In this document: positions 34,761-47,906 of the stretch, piece by piece | Layout of the letters: every line of letters starts with the position of its first letter | How positions within the stretch are numbered: the first letter of the stretch is position 1 | Source: Macrostomum lignano | Lineage: Eukaryota | Assembly (NCBI GenBank): GCA_002269645.1 | Contig: NIVC01000939.1 | Coordinates: 434,001 to 498,000, forward strand | Length of the DNA: 64,000 nt | Reading direction: 5' to 3' | Program-made: the position numbers and the translations under genes | The notes under the pieces: generated by a model | What the model saw: the letters and a program-made list of their open reading frames with translations, nothing else | Told to the model about the DNA's origin: nothing | Database searches by the model: none

Positions 34761-37700
34761 ACTTCGAATTGTAAACCTCAAATATATTACTAATTAAAAA
34801 TTTTAAAACACGTTTCCATTCTTTTGAATTAGAATAGCAGGTATGTTCAGAGCTAAAATAATTCTGGTTTAACAATTTTATGCCTTACTTTATTTCATTC
34901 ACAACTCTCGCTGCACTACTCATAGTAAAGTAGTAAAGATGTATCAATGTTGTTGCAACAACATTGCCAATTTTGACAATGGCACGACAAAAAATTTCTT
35001 GTGACAACATTGATGTCAACAATTCAGCAACACGAGGAATATCCGTAAAAAGGAATACATTCTGTCAGTCTTCAGTTTCTAGAAAGCCCAATAACAGGCT
35101 AAACTGATGGAAACACAAAAAACACATGAAATTGCGCATTTTACATAAAATACATGAAAAATATTGAAAATTGCAGGGTAATATTTTTATTTACAAATCA
35201 AGAAAAATTAATAATTCTTGATGTATATTTTTTGAAATATTAATTATGGTTAGGAGAAAAAACAAGAAAGAATTTTATGAGTCAACAATGTTATAAATAT
35301 ACAGAATTTTTTAAATTTTTTATAATTACAATGAAATCAAATATAAAAATATTTATTGGCTAGTAATATTACATAAAATTACAAGTAATTAAATAGGCTA
35401 GTATAGTCAATATTTTTATTGCATGTTATAGTTATTATTTTATAAAAGTATACTAAGTGCCTGCCTGATATAATTGAATTTATACTTAATGGAAAAGCAC
35501 TATGGAATCTTAAATAGATATTATGTTTATAATTTGACTTATTAGAAGAGAAGAAATATTAAAATAGAGGTTTTAACAAGTTGTAAAAAGCATCAAGCCA
35601 AGAAATGCCAATTTTATTTTATTGCCTATACTGATATTAACACTTTGACTGCATGTTTCAAGACGTAATTGAAAAATAAATCTAAAAATATAGGAAGTAA
35701 AACAGCATAAAAGGCTTCATTATTAAGTATGGCCACAAAAATACCACACGGCGTATAAATATAATGTATTTTTTATGCGCAAGTGCGCTGTAACTGCCTG
35801 CTGCCACGTTGCGCAATAAAGACTCGCAGTTCGAAATATTTTTTAATGTTTTCGCTTTGCATTAAAATAAATAGCTTAACAGTCAACACAAAATTGAGTG
35901 CAAAAATGCTGATGAAAGTGATAAAACTTTAATTTGATAACTTTTTTAATAGGAAAATTTACTATTTTTCGACTCGGGAAACGCACTTAATTTCGTTCAC
36001 CGCGGAGTTCAGCGGCAGTCATTCAACACCGGAATTTAACAAAAAAACGTTCTCCTGCAGTTCAGGAGCAACGCGCAACGCTGAAATTTTATGCGCACGT
36101 CGAAATCTGCCTATATTTTGCTTTGAAATATTGCATGACAGGTTTTCAGCTCTCTGGAAGGATTTATTGGGTTCACCGCCGGTTTCACCCCCCAAAAAAA
36201 TAACAAAAATCGCCCTCCTGATGTCCAGGGGCAACGCGCAGAGCCAAAAATCTAGGCGCATCTCTAGTTTTACTTGCGCTATCGATTATGTATATTTTTA
36301 AGCCTTAAAAATAAAGTTAAAAATCCGGTGAACCCAAGTGCCGGTGAATTCAGTAGTTAGTATGACGACAAAAATTTGCGAATAAAAGTAAAACCAATGA
36401 AACAAGACAGACGCAATATTTTTTGCAGTACTTGTGTGCTCATAGCCACTCGTACATAGTTTCTGTAATTTTTGGTTCTGGATTGGATAGATTTCGTTGG
36501 CTGTACATTTGCCTAAGACTTAAAGTTTGTTTTCATGGACAGTGACAACTTCACGAGCAACATTTTCTGAAAATTAAAGATCTCACAAACAAAAAATTGT
36601 TTAACTTTCTTAGGGTTTTTTCTATTTTTCAGTTTGCTGTTCGCTCCAGCCGAAGCTCAATATAATATAGCAGCTTAATTGGCTTGTTCCATTGGCTTTT
36701 AATTGTGACATTCTCTGTCTCTGCTACCCTATCGTCTATAGCTACGATCGTACAACAGCGAAATAAAAAACAGCCCTCAGAACCGTAAAAAATTCACAGT
36801 AATTTTTTGGATTGTTCTCATTTTCTCTTTGAAAGAAGAAGAAAGATTTTCTTTTTCTCTAAGAAGATAATTAAATAAACAAATAGAAAGCTTACCATCT
36901 CTCAGCTTTTCTCAGCTCAGCTTTTTTCTCCTTAGAGAACAATGGTTAACTATAGGGTAAGCGGCAATTTTATGCACTGCTGTAGTCGATGAACAAACAA
37001 CATATTGCTGTGCTGAACAAGCTAGCTTTCCTAGAGATATGCTACAATAGACATGGAGCCGCGCTGCTGCATGTGCTTTGCTAGCTTCGCCTTAATATAT
37101 ATTTTTGGCTTTGCGTGGTGCGCAGCTGTCTGAGGGCAGATTGCATGGCTTTTTGGACCTATACTAATAGCTCGTACGTTACAGCCAAAATAAAGCATAT
37201 TACAATCACAATTTTGCACTAGCAATCAATCATAGCGATCAACTCAGAACGAAAACTAAAAATATGCGTTGCTCATCGTCGCAAATTATATCCCCATCGC
37301 CATGCAAGATCATCGAGATGCATGCAATTTGCGTCACAATCACAAGACCTTTAGTTAAGGCTGGTGAGGAGAGAAGTGGAGAGTTTATGGCTAAGAGTTG
37401 GATCAAAGCTGCCATGCACTTATTGATGTCAAGACTTACACGAGGGAATTGCTGAGATGTCAAGGCTTACGGGGGGAATTGCTGAGATGTCAAGACTGAG
37501 GTCAGAAGCTACATGTAGTTTATTGAAAAATTGAACTCCATTTTCTTTGTTGGCGCTCGAACGGAAGTATCTTCTGGCAGTCTGGCAGTCAGTTGAGCTG
37601 ATCCTGCAGTCAAGCTACAGACCCCGGTTTCAGCTGCTGACCAGACTTGAGAGAAGCTGGTAGCAGGCAAAACAGAGAATGTCGAGTGTAAAACAGAATG

Positions 37701-37915
37701 CCAACCTGGGTTAAAAAGCGAAGCTAATTTCGACACATTTGAGCCGTACTCATAGCTTTTGGGACTTTTAGAGAAAGTCATTTTTGTCTATGGTCAAAAG
37801 CCGAACTCCCGACCCTCCGGTGAATATCTGGCGGAAAATCGGGCTCCACTTCCTGCTCAGATGTTCAGTCGCTCCATAATTTTATGTTATCAATGCTTCT
37901 TTGCCCGCACCCACT

Positions 37916-38416
37916 GAGGGGCGTCGCAATGGATTTTATGGTTTAGGGGGGGGGGGGCAAAGCCAAGAATTCTGCATGCACATGTTAAATTCCTGCATGA
38001 ACATTATCGGTGTTGTCAGCGCATATTTTAGCGCCGCAGGCACTCATTTTAGCGCCGCAGGCACTCATTTTAGCGCCGCAGGCACTCATTCTAGCGCCGC
38101 AGACTCAATTTAGCGCCACAGTCACATTTTAGCGTCGCAAGCACATTTTAGCGCCACAGTCACATTTTAGCGTCGCAAGCACATTTTAGCGTCGCAAGCA
38201 CATTTTAGCGCCACAGTCACATTTTAGCGTCGCAAGCACATTTTAGCGTCGCAAGCACATTTAAGCGCCGCAGGCACTCATTTTTGGCGCCGCAGGCGCT
38301 ATGTTGAGTTGAGTCGCCCAGAGGCAAAATTATTGATTTCCATTAGGGGTCATAAGGTGGGGGACAAAGAATTGACATGTCCCCCCATTAATTTTACCCT
38401 GGTGGCGGCGCCCCTG
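37916..38416. mobile_element. 501-bp hAT-like MITE with internal 19-21-bp tandem array
   Basis: Ends are GAGGGGCGTCGC and (reverse complement) CAGGGGCGCCGC. 8-bp TSD CACCCACT at 37908-37915 and 38417-38424. Internal TTTTAGCGCCGCAGGCACTCA / TTTTAGCGTCGCAAGCACA repeats at about 38027-38290. Confidence 0.85.
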
Positions 38417-39775
38417 CACCCACTCACCCAGTGCAGGGCCTCCCGCGCACTGATGCACTTCACCGAGAGCTGTCAGTCAGCAGATCCGGTCCCGGCTACT
38501 GCAATTAACGAATATTGCTGGAATTCTCTGACTCTGACCCATTTGACTGCACTTTCCAATGCAGCCAGACACGAATTCGCGTCCATAGTACATGCAAGTC
38601 TTGATCCATAACCGAGCAGCAACTGCACTTTTGATGCGATGGTATCCAACAAGCTGGAATTGTTCTAATTCTCATGCACTAGTAGTCATGCAAGCCTGGT
38701 GAGGCTCCTGGATTTTGTAAATCGCGATGAAGCAAGCTTGATTATTAGACAGCTGCTCTTGCGGACTATCTTGGCTTTGATGATCGCTTACATTATAATT
38801 ATATTTCTGTTTCATAGCCTACAATAAATTAAGGAATAATGAAGAAACTAATAATATGAATCAAAGGATTCAACCTGACATTCCGAGCATCAGCATGCTG
38901 TGTATTTGTCATGGTAAGCTGAGCCCTTCAAGTGCCTCCTCACTGTGGGCTGTGTTGACTCGGACTTTACTTAGGAAAGATCGGGGGGCAGCTGCTCAGT
39001 CGCAGGCCAGTAGCCCTTACACTGGCAGCTCAGCGGCATGTCTGTCAATGGCGGCTGCTAGCTGTCAGTACAAGGAGCTGCTGGCCTGCGGTGCTTGAGT
39101 CTATGCTCGCAAAAATGGGAAGTAGATGACCTCGGCTCTGAGTCATGCGCCAACATACTACTGCGCTGACTTTCAGTCTGGGCTACTTTTGTCGAGATAA
39201 GTAGTATGATTTATCTAAGCATGAATTTTTACCGGAATAGAAAGTACTGAAAGTACGGCTGATCGAATGACCAAGCCCAGTTGAATTCTGCTAGAATTTC
39301 TTCTTCTAAGAAAGGCGCCAACGCAGTACCGGTTGCACGCGGAGTTGCGGCTCTGGAGAGCCGTGGGGGAGGGCGCAGAGGTCGGTGACGTCAGCGGCAC
39401 GGTTGCAGCTCTTGATGAGGCAGCTCGACTCGCACGGGTCAGCTGGCGAGAGCCGTAACTGAGTCTTCGAGCTGCCCATGAAGAACCGAACCGGTGGATC
39501 CGCGGAATACCACTGCGGGCACCGGGGCACCGGGGCACCGGGAGCTGCCGGGGGCTTCAGGTGGACGCGGGAGCCCCGGGTCTTCTTACCAAACGGCAGG
39601 CCTTCGCAACCATTTTTTACCAACTTCGGCGTCCCAAGGTTCCTGCACTTGCGCCGCTGTCTTGTCCAAAAAAAGAATTATTTTAAGCAGAAAAGCTCCA
39701 GACTGACTCTAAACTGGATATACTTGGCCTGCTTTTATGCATTACAACTGCAGCGGAGTTTAACTTGGCCTGCGA

Positions 39776-41888
39776 TTGCCGAGAGAGGCGGAGGCGGGCC
39801 AGCAGAGCGGAGCTGCAGGCGGCACGCTGCCCGCCACCCAATGGGACCCTGGCCAGACAGACGATCAGCTGTTCGGGGGGTTGGCGGCGGACGCGGCCGC
39901 CTGCCCCGCCTCCGGCCCTGCTGGCAGGCACGGATCAATGCCGCCCCCCCCCCCTTATCGCTATGGTTTCCCCCTGGCCCAAGGTCTCCACTTTGACAGA
40001 GAGGGGGCGGCCGCGCAGTGCGGAGAGATGGGGAGGGGGCGGCGGCTCCCCGCGTACACTGCGGCAGCGGCCCGTGGGCCTCCCGAGAGGTGTCAGAGGA
40101 GAGAGAGAGTTTCTGGTATGCACGTGGCCGCCGCCCTCTCCCGGCCTCTGCCGCACTGCTGCATGCGGTCGTATCGTCTCAGCCAGCGTGCGCCCGCCGC
40201 CCCCTGCCGCAAAAGCTCCAAGTCTCTCTCTCATATTCGCGACAAAGCGTTGCCAAGCCTATAATGTTTTTGCGTACAACAGAATTTCGCAAAAGTAAGG
40301 CAACGCCATTTGTACAATTGAAGGTCGAACCGCAAATTAGAATATTGGAATCGAACACCCCTCCTTACGGATCGAGTTGGAACCGGCAGATAGTCGGGTG
40401 CATTGAACTCTCCTGTACTCTCGAATTTGCGCAGCGCTGACGCACAGCCAGCCGCTCTGCCCGCTTATCTACCCAATTTTTGCTTCAGATTCGAACCCGG
40501 TGGAGCCACCGGCCTCCCCGGCCCCCAGTTCTGGGACAAACTGGGCAGCCGTGGCTTTCCCACGCCTCCCAGTCCAGAATGAGGGGCAAGCGGAAAGCCG
40601 CGGCACCGACTCCCGCTGCCGACTTCTCCGCAATGACTGCAGTGACTAATTTCCTGCTTGTCTCTCTCTTAGTCTGAAATCACACCGCTTGCTGTGAGGC
40701 CAGGTTGCCCCCTGAGAAATCTTCTGTAATGCGCTCCGGCCATTAACCTGACGGCTCATAAATACCTGCACTGAAGTACCAAAGGCGGCCTTGACTCAAG
40801 ACCCGGCTCTCCCTCAACTCCCTTGGGCTCTCCCTCAACTCCATTGGGCTCTCCCTCAGCTCCCTTGGGCTCTCTCTCAGCTCCCTTGGGCTCTCCCTCA
40901 GCTCCCTTGGGCTCTCTCTCAGCTCCCTTGGGCTCTCTCTCAGCTCCCTTGGGCTCTCTCTCAGCTCCCTTGGGCTCTCTCTCAGCTCCCTTGGGCTCTC
41001 CCTCAGCTCCCTTGGGCTCTCTCTCAGCTCCCTTGGGCTCTCCCTCAGCTCCCTTGGGCTCTCCCTCAGCTCCCTTGGGCTCTCTCTCAGCTCCCTTGGG
41101 CTCTCCCTCAGCTCCCTTGGGCTCTCTCTCAGCTCCCTTGGGCTCTCCCTCAGCTCCCTTGGGCTCTCTCTCAGCTCCCTTGGGCTCTCTCTCAGCTCCC
41201 TTGGGCTCTCTCTCAGCTCCCTTGGGCTCTCTCTCAGCTCCCTTGGGCTCTCTCTCAGCTCCCTTGGGCTCTCCCTCAGCTCCTCCGGGCTCTCCCTCAG
41301 CTCCTGCGGGCTCTCCCTCAGCTCCTCCGGGCTCTCCCTCAGCTCCTCCAGGCTCTCCCTCAACTCCTCTGGGCTCTCCCTCAGCTCCTCCGGGCTCTCC
41401 CTCAGCTCCTTCGGGCTCTCCCTCAACTCCTCCGGGCTCTCCCTCAACTCCTCCGGGCTCTCCCTCAGCTCCTCCGGGCTCTCTCTCAGCTCCTCTGGGC
41501 TCTCTTTCAGATCCTCAGGGCTCTTCCTCAGCTCCCTCGGGCTCTCCGTAAATTTCTTCAGAATACACCATCCACTTCTCCAGAATACCCCATCCATTTC
41601 TCCAGAATACCCCATCCATTTCTCCAGAATACCCCATCCATTTCTCCAGAACCGTTCCTCCTCATTGTCCCAGATGTCAAGCTGCCCTACAACCGCAGGC
41701 CTCATCTCAAGCAATTCCCGCCGCTGCTCCCGCGCTGTCCCTGCGGAAGCCCCAGCGACCCATCGGCCGTGAACTGGCGGGCTGCCGTCCGGCAAGGTTT
41801 GGAAAGAATTGCAGCCAGCCAAGAGCAGTGGCTCTTTGCTGCTAGAGAGCGAGGCAGAGAAAAAGCAGGGGCGGATCCAGCGGCCTGA
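39776..41888 (+). CDS. Candidate uncharacterised spliced gene (no recognisable homology)
   Basis: GC3-rich stretches at 39776-40090, 40489-40641 and 41674-41888. The last two have AG acceptors and join in compatible phase 1 across a repeat-filled interval. The start and first junctions are not resolved. Confidence 0.3.
40810..41650. repeat. 21-bp minisatellite followed by a 22-bp repeat
   Basis: CTCAGCTCCCTTGGGCTCTC(C/T), about 35 units, with CCTTGG grading to CTCCGG. Then CCAGAATACCCCATCCATTTCT, about 4 units. Confidence 0.95.
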
Positions 41889-42159
41889 ACTGTTAAATAT
41901 GCACGGCTGGGAAGGGGCGAGACCTGAAATACAAGCCGGGGCTTCTGCAAATCTAGGAAAATAGGGGAAATCAAGAAAGAGAGAAAATATTTTGGTTTTT
42001 GTTGGCTTTAAGCATGGATGAGTTGTTAGACAGGTTGTACTGCGATGTCAGGCAGATGCTGTAAATGGAGTAAAACCTGATGATGATCGGGAGGAAGGCT
42101 GAGACTGAGAGACAGAATAGGAGCTTACCAATTGGGGGGTTAAAGCCAAAAAGGGGAGA

Positions 42160-43040
42160 AAGTCAGAGATCGGGAGAGTCAGAGATCGGGAGAGAGTCAG
42201 AGATCGGGAGAGAGTCAGAGATGGGAGAGTCAGAGATCGGGAGAGAGTCAGAGATCGGGAGAGAGTCAGAGATGGGAGAGTCAGAGATCGGGAGAGAGTC
42301 AGAGATCGGGAGAGAGTCAGAGATTGGGAGAGTCAGATCGGGAGTTAGAGATGGGAGAGTCAGATCGGGAGTTAGAGATGGGAGAGTCAGAGATCGGGTG
42401 AGAGTCAGAGATAGGGTGAGAGTCAGAGATCGGGTGAGAGTCAGAGATCGGGTGAGAGTCAGAGATCGGGAGAGTCAGATCGGGAGTTAGAGATGGGAGA
42501 GTCAGATCGGGAGTTAGAGATGGGAGAGTCAGAGATCGGGTGAGAGTCAGAGATAGGATGAGAGTCAGAGATCGGGTGAGAGTCAGAGATCGGGAGAGAG
42601 TCAGAGATTGGGAGAGAGTCAGAGATCGGGAGAGAGTCAGAGATTGGGAGAGTCAGATCGGGAGTTAGAGATGGGAGAGTCAGAGATCGGGTGAGAGTCA
42701 GAGATAGCTGGGTGAGAGTCAGAGATCGGGTGAGAGTCAGAGATCGGGAGAGAGTCAGAGATTGGGAGAGAGTCAGAGATCGGGAGAGAGTCAGAGATTG
42801 GGAGAGTCAGATCGGGAGTTAGAGATGGGAGAGTCAGATCGGGAGTTAGAGATGGGAGAGTCAGATCGGGAGTTAGAGATGGGAGAGTCAGATCGGGAGT
42901 TAGAGATGGGAGAGTCAGAGATCGGGTGAGAGTCAGAGATAGGGTGAGAGTCAGAGATCGGGTGAGAGTCAGAGATCGGGAGAGAGTCAGATCGGGAGAG
43001 AGTCAGATCGGGAGAGAGTCAGAGATCGGGTGAGAGTCAG
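42160..43040. repeat. 16-18-bp purine-rich compound minisatellite
   Basis: GGGAGAG(AG)TCAGAGATC / GGGAGTTAGAGAT mosaic units. Confidence 0.93.
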
Positions 43041-43974
43041 ATCGGGAGAGTCAGTGGGCAGGCGGTGCCAGAGTCAGCTGAGCTCAGCACCAACAGCCCA
43101 GCCACACTGCATCTGGCTTGAATTCGACTCCCCCCTCTTCCCTTCCTTTCGTCGCACTTCCCAACTCCCATGCGGTTCTCTTCCCGTTCTCCCAGATCCC
43201 CATTTCCCCGTCCCGGCCCCGTCCCCCCCGGCGGTTGGCCAGCTGCCAGAAGAGTGGCAACCGCAGGCTAAGAAATGGATGCGACCGGGTGTGAAAAGAC
43301 ACAGTACTTCAAATCCCTACTCAGATCTTCTCTTCTGCAGCTGTCTGCCTGAGATGAGGAACATTTTAATTTTTAAAAACGGTAAAAGCTGATAAGACTG
43401 AACGGAGAGCCAGTAAGAAGTAACTTCTTCGTCTTCGATAAGAATCAGACTGCAAATCTTTGCATTTCTACTAACAGTAGGCAGATTGAGGTTAAACCGA
43501 AAGTATATATTCAGTAGCGCTATAAAAACTATCGATTCTAATTTCCACTTCCGAAGCCCCTATTCCTGATCCAGTCTATCACATGCAAATGCTCCAATGT
43601 CTACTACAACCCAGGGCCTAATGTCCAATATCCAAATATACTAAATCTCTAAGGTTTGTATGCTTGAATGTCCAATTATTGAGACCAATTTCATTTTCTC
43701 TGGTTTTCCTTCCCTTCTCTCTAGCCTCATCTCTGAGATTGCAGATCTCTGACCGTGAAGAGCTCTCACCCCTCAAAAACAGGGAGGGGAGGCAGTAATG
43801 GACATGACAGGCGCCGCTCGCGCGGTTTGATGGATAAATGCGGGACAAAAATCCAAGCTGCAGCTGCGCCACCGCTCGCTGCCTTTCCATTTGCTAAAAA
43901 AGCAGCTCACAGCACAGACCTGCGGCCGCCTCCCTGCCAGCGATATTGAAGATACCGCAAACAGTCGCATAGCC

Positions 43975-44365
43975 CAGATCTGCCTCCCCTGCCTCCCCTG
44001 CCTCCCCTGCCTCCCGTGCCTCCCCTCCCTGCCTCCCCTGCCTCCCGTGCCTCCCGTGCCTCCCCTGCCTCCCGTGCCTCCCCTCCCTGCCTCCCCTGCC
44101 TCCCCTGCCTCCCCTGCCTCCCCTGCCTCCCTTGACTTCCTGCCTCCCTTGCCTTCTCTGCGTCCCCTGCCTCCCCTGCCTCCCCTCCCTGCCTCCCCTG
44201 CGTCCCCTGCCTCCCCTGCCTCCCTGCCTTCCCTGCCTCCCCTCCCTGCCTCCCTGCCTCCCCTCCCTGCCTCCCTGCCTCCCCTCCCTCCCTCCCTGCC
44301 TCCCTGCCTCCCTTGCCTCCCTGCCTTCCCTGCCTCCCCTCCCTGCCTCCCTGCCCCCCGTATCC
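43975..44365. repeat. CCTCCC(C)TG low-complexity repeat
   Basis: 8-9-bp units. It gives the spurious Pro/Leu and Gly/Arg ORFs. Confidence 0.92.
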
Positions 44366-44649
44366 CTGGCCTCCCTGTGTCCTCTATTGCCCCTTTTGAG
44401 AAGAAGAATGGAAGGCAACTAATTAATAAAATCGGAAGAAGAATATTTGGTTCATTTAACTTGCCACCATAAAGTCCAACTTTGAGTCAAATTACATTGT
44501 CTATTTTACAGATAATTCAACACTGAAAGAATCCAACTGAAAAGCAAAAGAAGTACGAGCTCGCATGAGTATTCATTTAGAGTAGAAGTACTTTGCTACC
44601 GTCCCCTGCCTCTCAGACATCAGACATGTCAGACATCACCCCACAGCAA

Positions 44650-47600
44650 TCAGTTTGTCGATAGTCCAACTCGCTGACTCCAGCTGGCCAGGGCTTCATC
44701 AAAACCCGCAGCCGCAGCCTCCTCAAAGTCGGGCAGCATGACTGGCAGGTGGCTCACCCGCCGCTCAATCGCCGGCCACACGCAGTTGAACACCAGCTCC
44801 GAGCCTTTCGCGTTGAAATGAATCCCGTCCGCAAATAGCTGCTGCCAGTTCTGCCAGAGTGAAATCGGTTAAGCATGAGAGTGACATTGAGAGCGGGCCG
44901 AGGAGTGCCTTTGGCGAAAAACTGGGAGAAAAATGATATTGAAGGCAGAGTGCAGATTCCACTAGAAGGGGTGACAATGAGAAGAGACAAAAGGGTGGCA
45001 TTGAGAGGAGACAGAAGAGTGACATTGAGAGGAGACAGAAGAGTGACATTGAGAGGAGACAAAAGGGTGACATTGAGAGGAGACAAAAGGGTGACATTGA
45101 GAGGAGACAGATGGGTGACATTGACGGGAGAATGAGTAGTGAAACTGGCGGGTGGAAGTAACATTGAGAAGGAAATGATGATTGAAAGTGATGAGAACCA
45201 AATTGACAAAGGCTGACCTCGTGCTCCATGATGGGATTAAAGATGTCCACAAGTTCAACTCCGGTCTCATGAGCCACATCGCGGATGGCACGGTTGTATG
45301 GTTCGCAATCAGCCAGAAATTTGTCAAATGGAAAGCCGCTGGCCTCGCAGTCCGGCTTGTAGGCGGCTTCATCAACTGGCGGGATGCTGATGAGCAGCAA
45401 TTTGTCTGGCGTCAGGCTCAGCCGCTGAAACGGTGGTGAGATAGTCTGGTATATTTAGAAACGCTGGCGATTATGTGTTATAAGCTGCGCCTCACAATGT
45501 CCTTGCCCCGAACCCTGCGCTCTCCTCCTCTCCTCCCCCTGCCGCTGGTTCATTCTGGTCTGCCCGCCTCAGTCTTAAGCTGCCATTCTTCATTTTATTT
45601 TTCTCATTTTAGTTTTCATTGGCTGGCGTCTTTTCGTCTCTCTTTCTCGTTTGGGCCAGTCCAATCATGTCTCTCGTCGCGGAGGCACCTGATTGGCTAG
45701 CCTCCCCCCTTCTTTCTCTCTCGCCCTTCAACTCTGTGAGTTTTGTCCCCAACCCCAGCTCTGCAAGGCTTAGCAACGCCCAGCCCCATGCTCTCAACCA
45801 GTATTTGTGTGCGCGCGCAGCCCTCGCTCGGCTCTCGCCCTCCCTGCTCTCGATCTCTACCACTTTGTGCAAAAGTCAGCGACAGTTGAACAGAACAAAA
45901 TAAAGTGACAAGGCGCAAAGCCAGCCTGTACGAGCGCGTCAAGTTACTCCTCCCGGTAAGACAGTGTTTACTTTTCATTCATTTGTCCTACCTCCTAAAT
46001 TCCTTCCTCCTGTCTTGGTTCGCTCGGGTCTGTGAAGTGTCCGTCCGCCTCCAGACCAGTGTCCACCTCTCTGGTGCTGAGTGGCTACCTGCTCGCAGCC
46101 TTATCATCCGAACCTCCCTCTTGTCGTAGGGCTAGGCGAGTGTCCGTACGCTCCCCGCCCCTCCATTTCCGCCTCGAAGTGTCCGTACGCCTCGGGGGTC
46201 GCCGCTCTCCCGCCTATCATACCCAGCAAGTTCAGGGCGGTCCCGTACCCGAACCCCGATCACCCCATCTGCGGTCCTCGGAAAATACAACGTACGCATG
46301 CTAACAACATATTGGTGAGTTTCATGACTTTAGAACTTTTGATGAGTGTCAAAGCCAAATGTAACTCAAGTAAGAGTCTTCAAGGTACCTCGCTCTGGGC
46401 GTCAAAGACTGCATGTCTGTTCCAGGTTGCTTGCTGAAGAATCAGGAGATTGTGACGAGGCGCACTTGAGATCATTTATCAGAGCGCCTCAGTAGACAAG
46501 AGGTGAAAATATCTCTACAGCAGGGAAGAAGCAGTGGAGTTGCAAAGCCGCCCATTAGAAGCTGTGGCAAGACAGTGCATGTAAGCCTTTGCCGGATTAG
46601 GCATTGTCACATGAAGCTGCAAAAATCAGTCCTGGCATGAAATGGCGGGCGAGCAACGCAGCTCAATCCCGTCTCACTTAAGCCCTTCATCGCTCGCCGG
46701 GCCGCCTGCCCCCGGCAGACACGGACTTCCCTTTTATCCTAAACCTCGACTCTGCCAGCTTCCGTTGCCCCATCATCCCTTTTTGAAACAGCGCTCCACC
46801 CTAACACCCCAACCCCAGCGATCGAGGCTTAGCGACCTCAAGCTCTGCTGGGCGAGGCGAAGCTCAGGAAGGACTGAGGGGCAGCTCAGCTGCTCTCGCT
46901 AATCTCATTCTCGCTTGCGGATGCGCCCCGGGGTTTCGCAAAAGTGCAACGCAAGCGTCCTTATTCCCATCCCCCCGGACCATGCGGCGCAACAGGGCGA
47001 TGCGCTCCGCACTGGTGTGAAACTCGATTAAAACTATCAAACTGACCCCCGATTCGAGGCGCCAAGGTGGTCCTCACCTATTCCCTCATAGACCGAAAAT
47101 TTAACTCAATTAAAGCAGTCGCACGAACCAACATGAGCTCGCGAAGGATCCAGCCCAGGTTGTCCTTTAACTCGGTCAGAGGCACGTGGAGCGTCGGCTT
47201 GGCGGCACCCCGGCTGCTGTCGTTGGCGCCGAGGAACACCACGCAGGCGGCGGTGTCTCCGGCCTGGCCGCAGGGGCAACTCGCTGGCAGCAGGCGGGGC
47301 AGGCTGGCCCGCCACCAGCGGGTCGTGTAGCCAGAGAAGCCGCGCACCCGGAGGTCGCAGCGGCGGCGAAGGCCGTGAGCCACTCGGGCCAGCCAGCAGC
47401 CATCGGGGGAGAAGCCGAACTGCAGAGAATGCATGGAATCAGTTTGTTGGTACGAGGGAACAGGCTCTGATAGATGCGATTCTCTGTCCACCAAGGCCAC
47501 TTTGTTTCGGCTGTCACATCTACGAGCGGAAGTTTCAGTCGGTATTTCAGTTGGTCTTTAATATGCATGGTATTCTTGATAGTAGATCTTACGAGCGTAC

Positions 47601-47906
47601 GAGCGTAGATATCGTAACTCCATAAGAAGACATGTACATGTAGGTCTTTAAGCTCGTAGGTCATTATAATGGTAAGGTAGTTAAGATCATAGGTATTTCA
47701 GATCGGAGGTCGTAGATCGTAGTATTCAGGGTCTGTCAACATAATATGCCGTACTCTATATGTATATGCACGCTTCAGTGTTGGGAGTTTATCCTCAAAG
47801 AGAGCCCTTCGTCATTTATTTACATAGTACCAAATCCTTCAGAAGTTACCTCCGTCAGCGAGTCGCCGATGAACAGGGCCGTCGGCCAGCGGTCCAACAG
47901 CGGCAT
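44650..47906 (-). CDS. IAH1: Isoamyl acetate-hydrolysing esterase 1 homolog (SGNH/GDSL hydrolase), 4 exons, about 251 aa
   Basis: Exons 47906-47850, 47419-47129, 45424-45218, 44850-44650, all phase 0. Blocks GDSLT (Ser), RGFSG, GAND, DGIH. Exon 3 has an alternative in-frame acceptor 21 nt upstream. Confidence 0.9.
44975..45130. repeat. 24-bp minisatellite, IAH1 intron 3
   Basis: GTGACATTGAGAGGAGACAGAAGA, about 6 units. Confidence 0.9.

Larger units (their letters stand above)
28150..36361. mobile_element. 8.2-kb foldback-type element with ~1.3-kb near-identical terminal inverted repeats
   Basis: 28150-29413 is the reverse complement of about 35098-36361, and I found only 2 mismatches by eye. 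Termini are ACTAACTACTG…CAGTAGTTAGT, flanked by ATG on both sides (candidate 3-bp TSD). No transposase inside. Confidence 0.92.

Noticed and set aside
28150-36361. Polinton/Maverick
   Set aside because: No polB, integrase, ATPase or capsid genes, no 6-bp TSD, the termini are not 5'-AG, and the element is too short.
40743-41888. ELRESPR / LPWALSQ / GSPSAPL repeat proteins
   Set aside because: The 21-bp unit is open in several frames on both strands, which is typical of a non-coding array.
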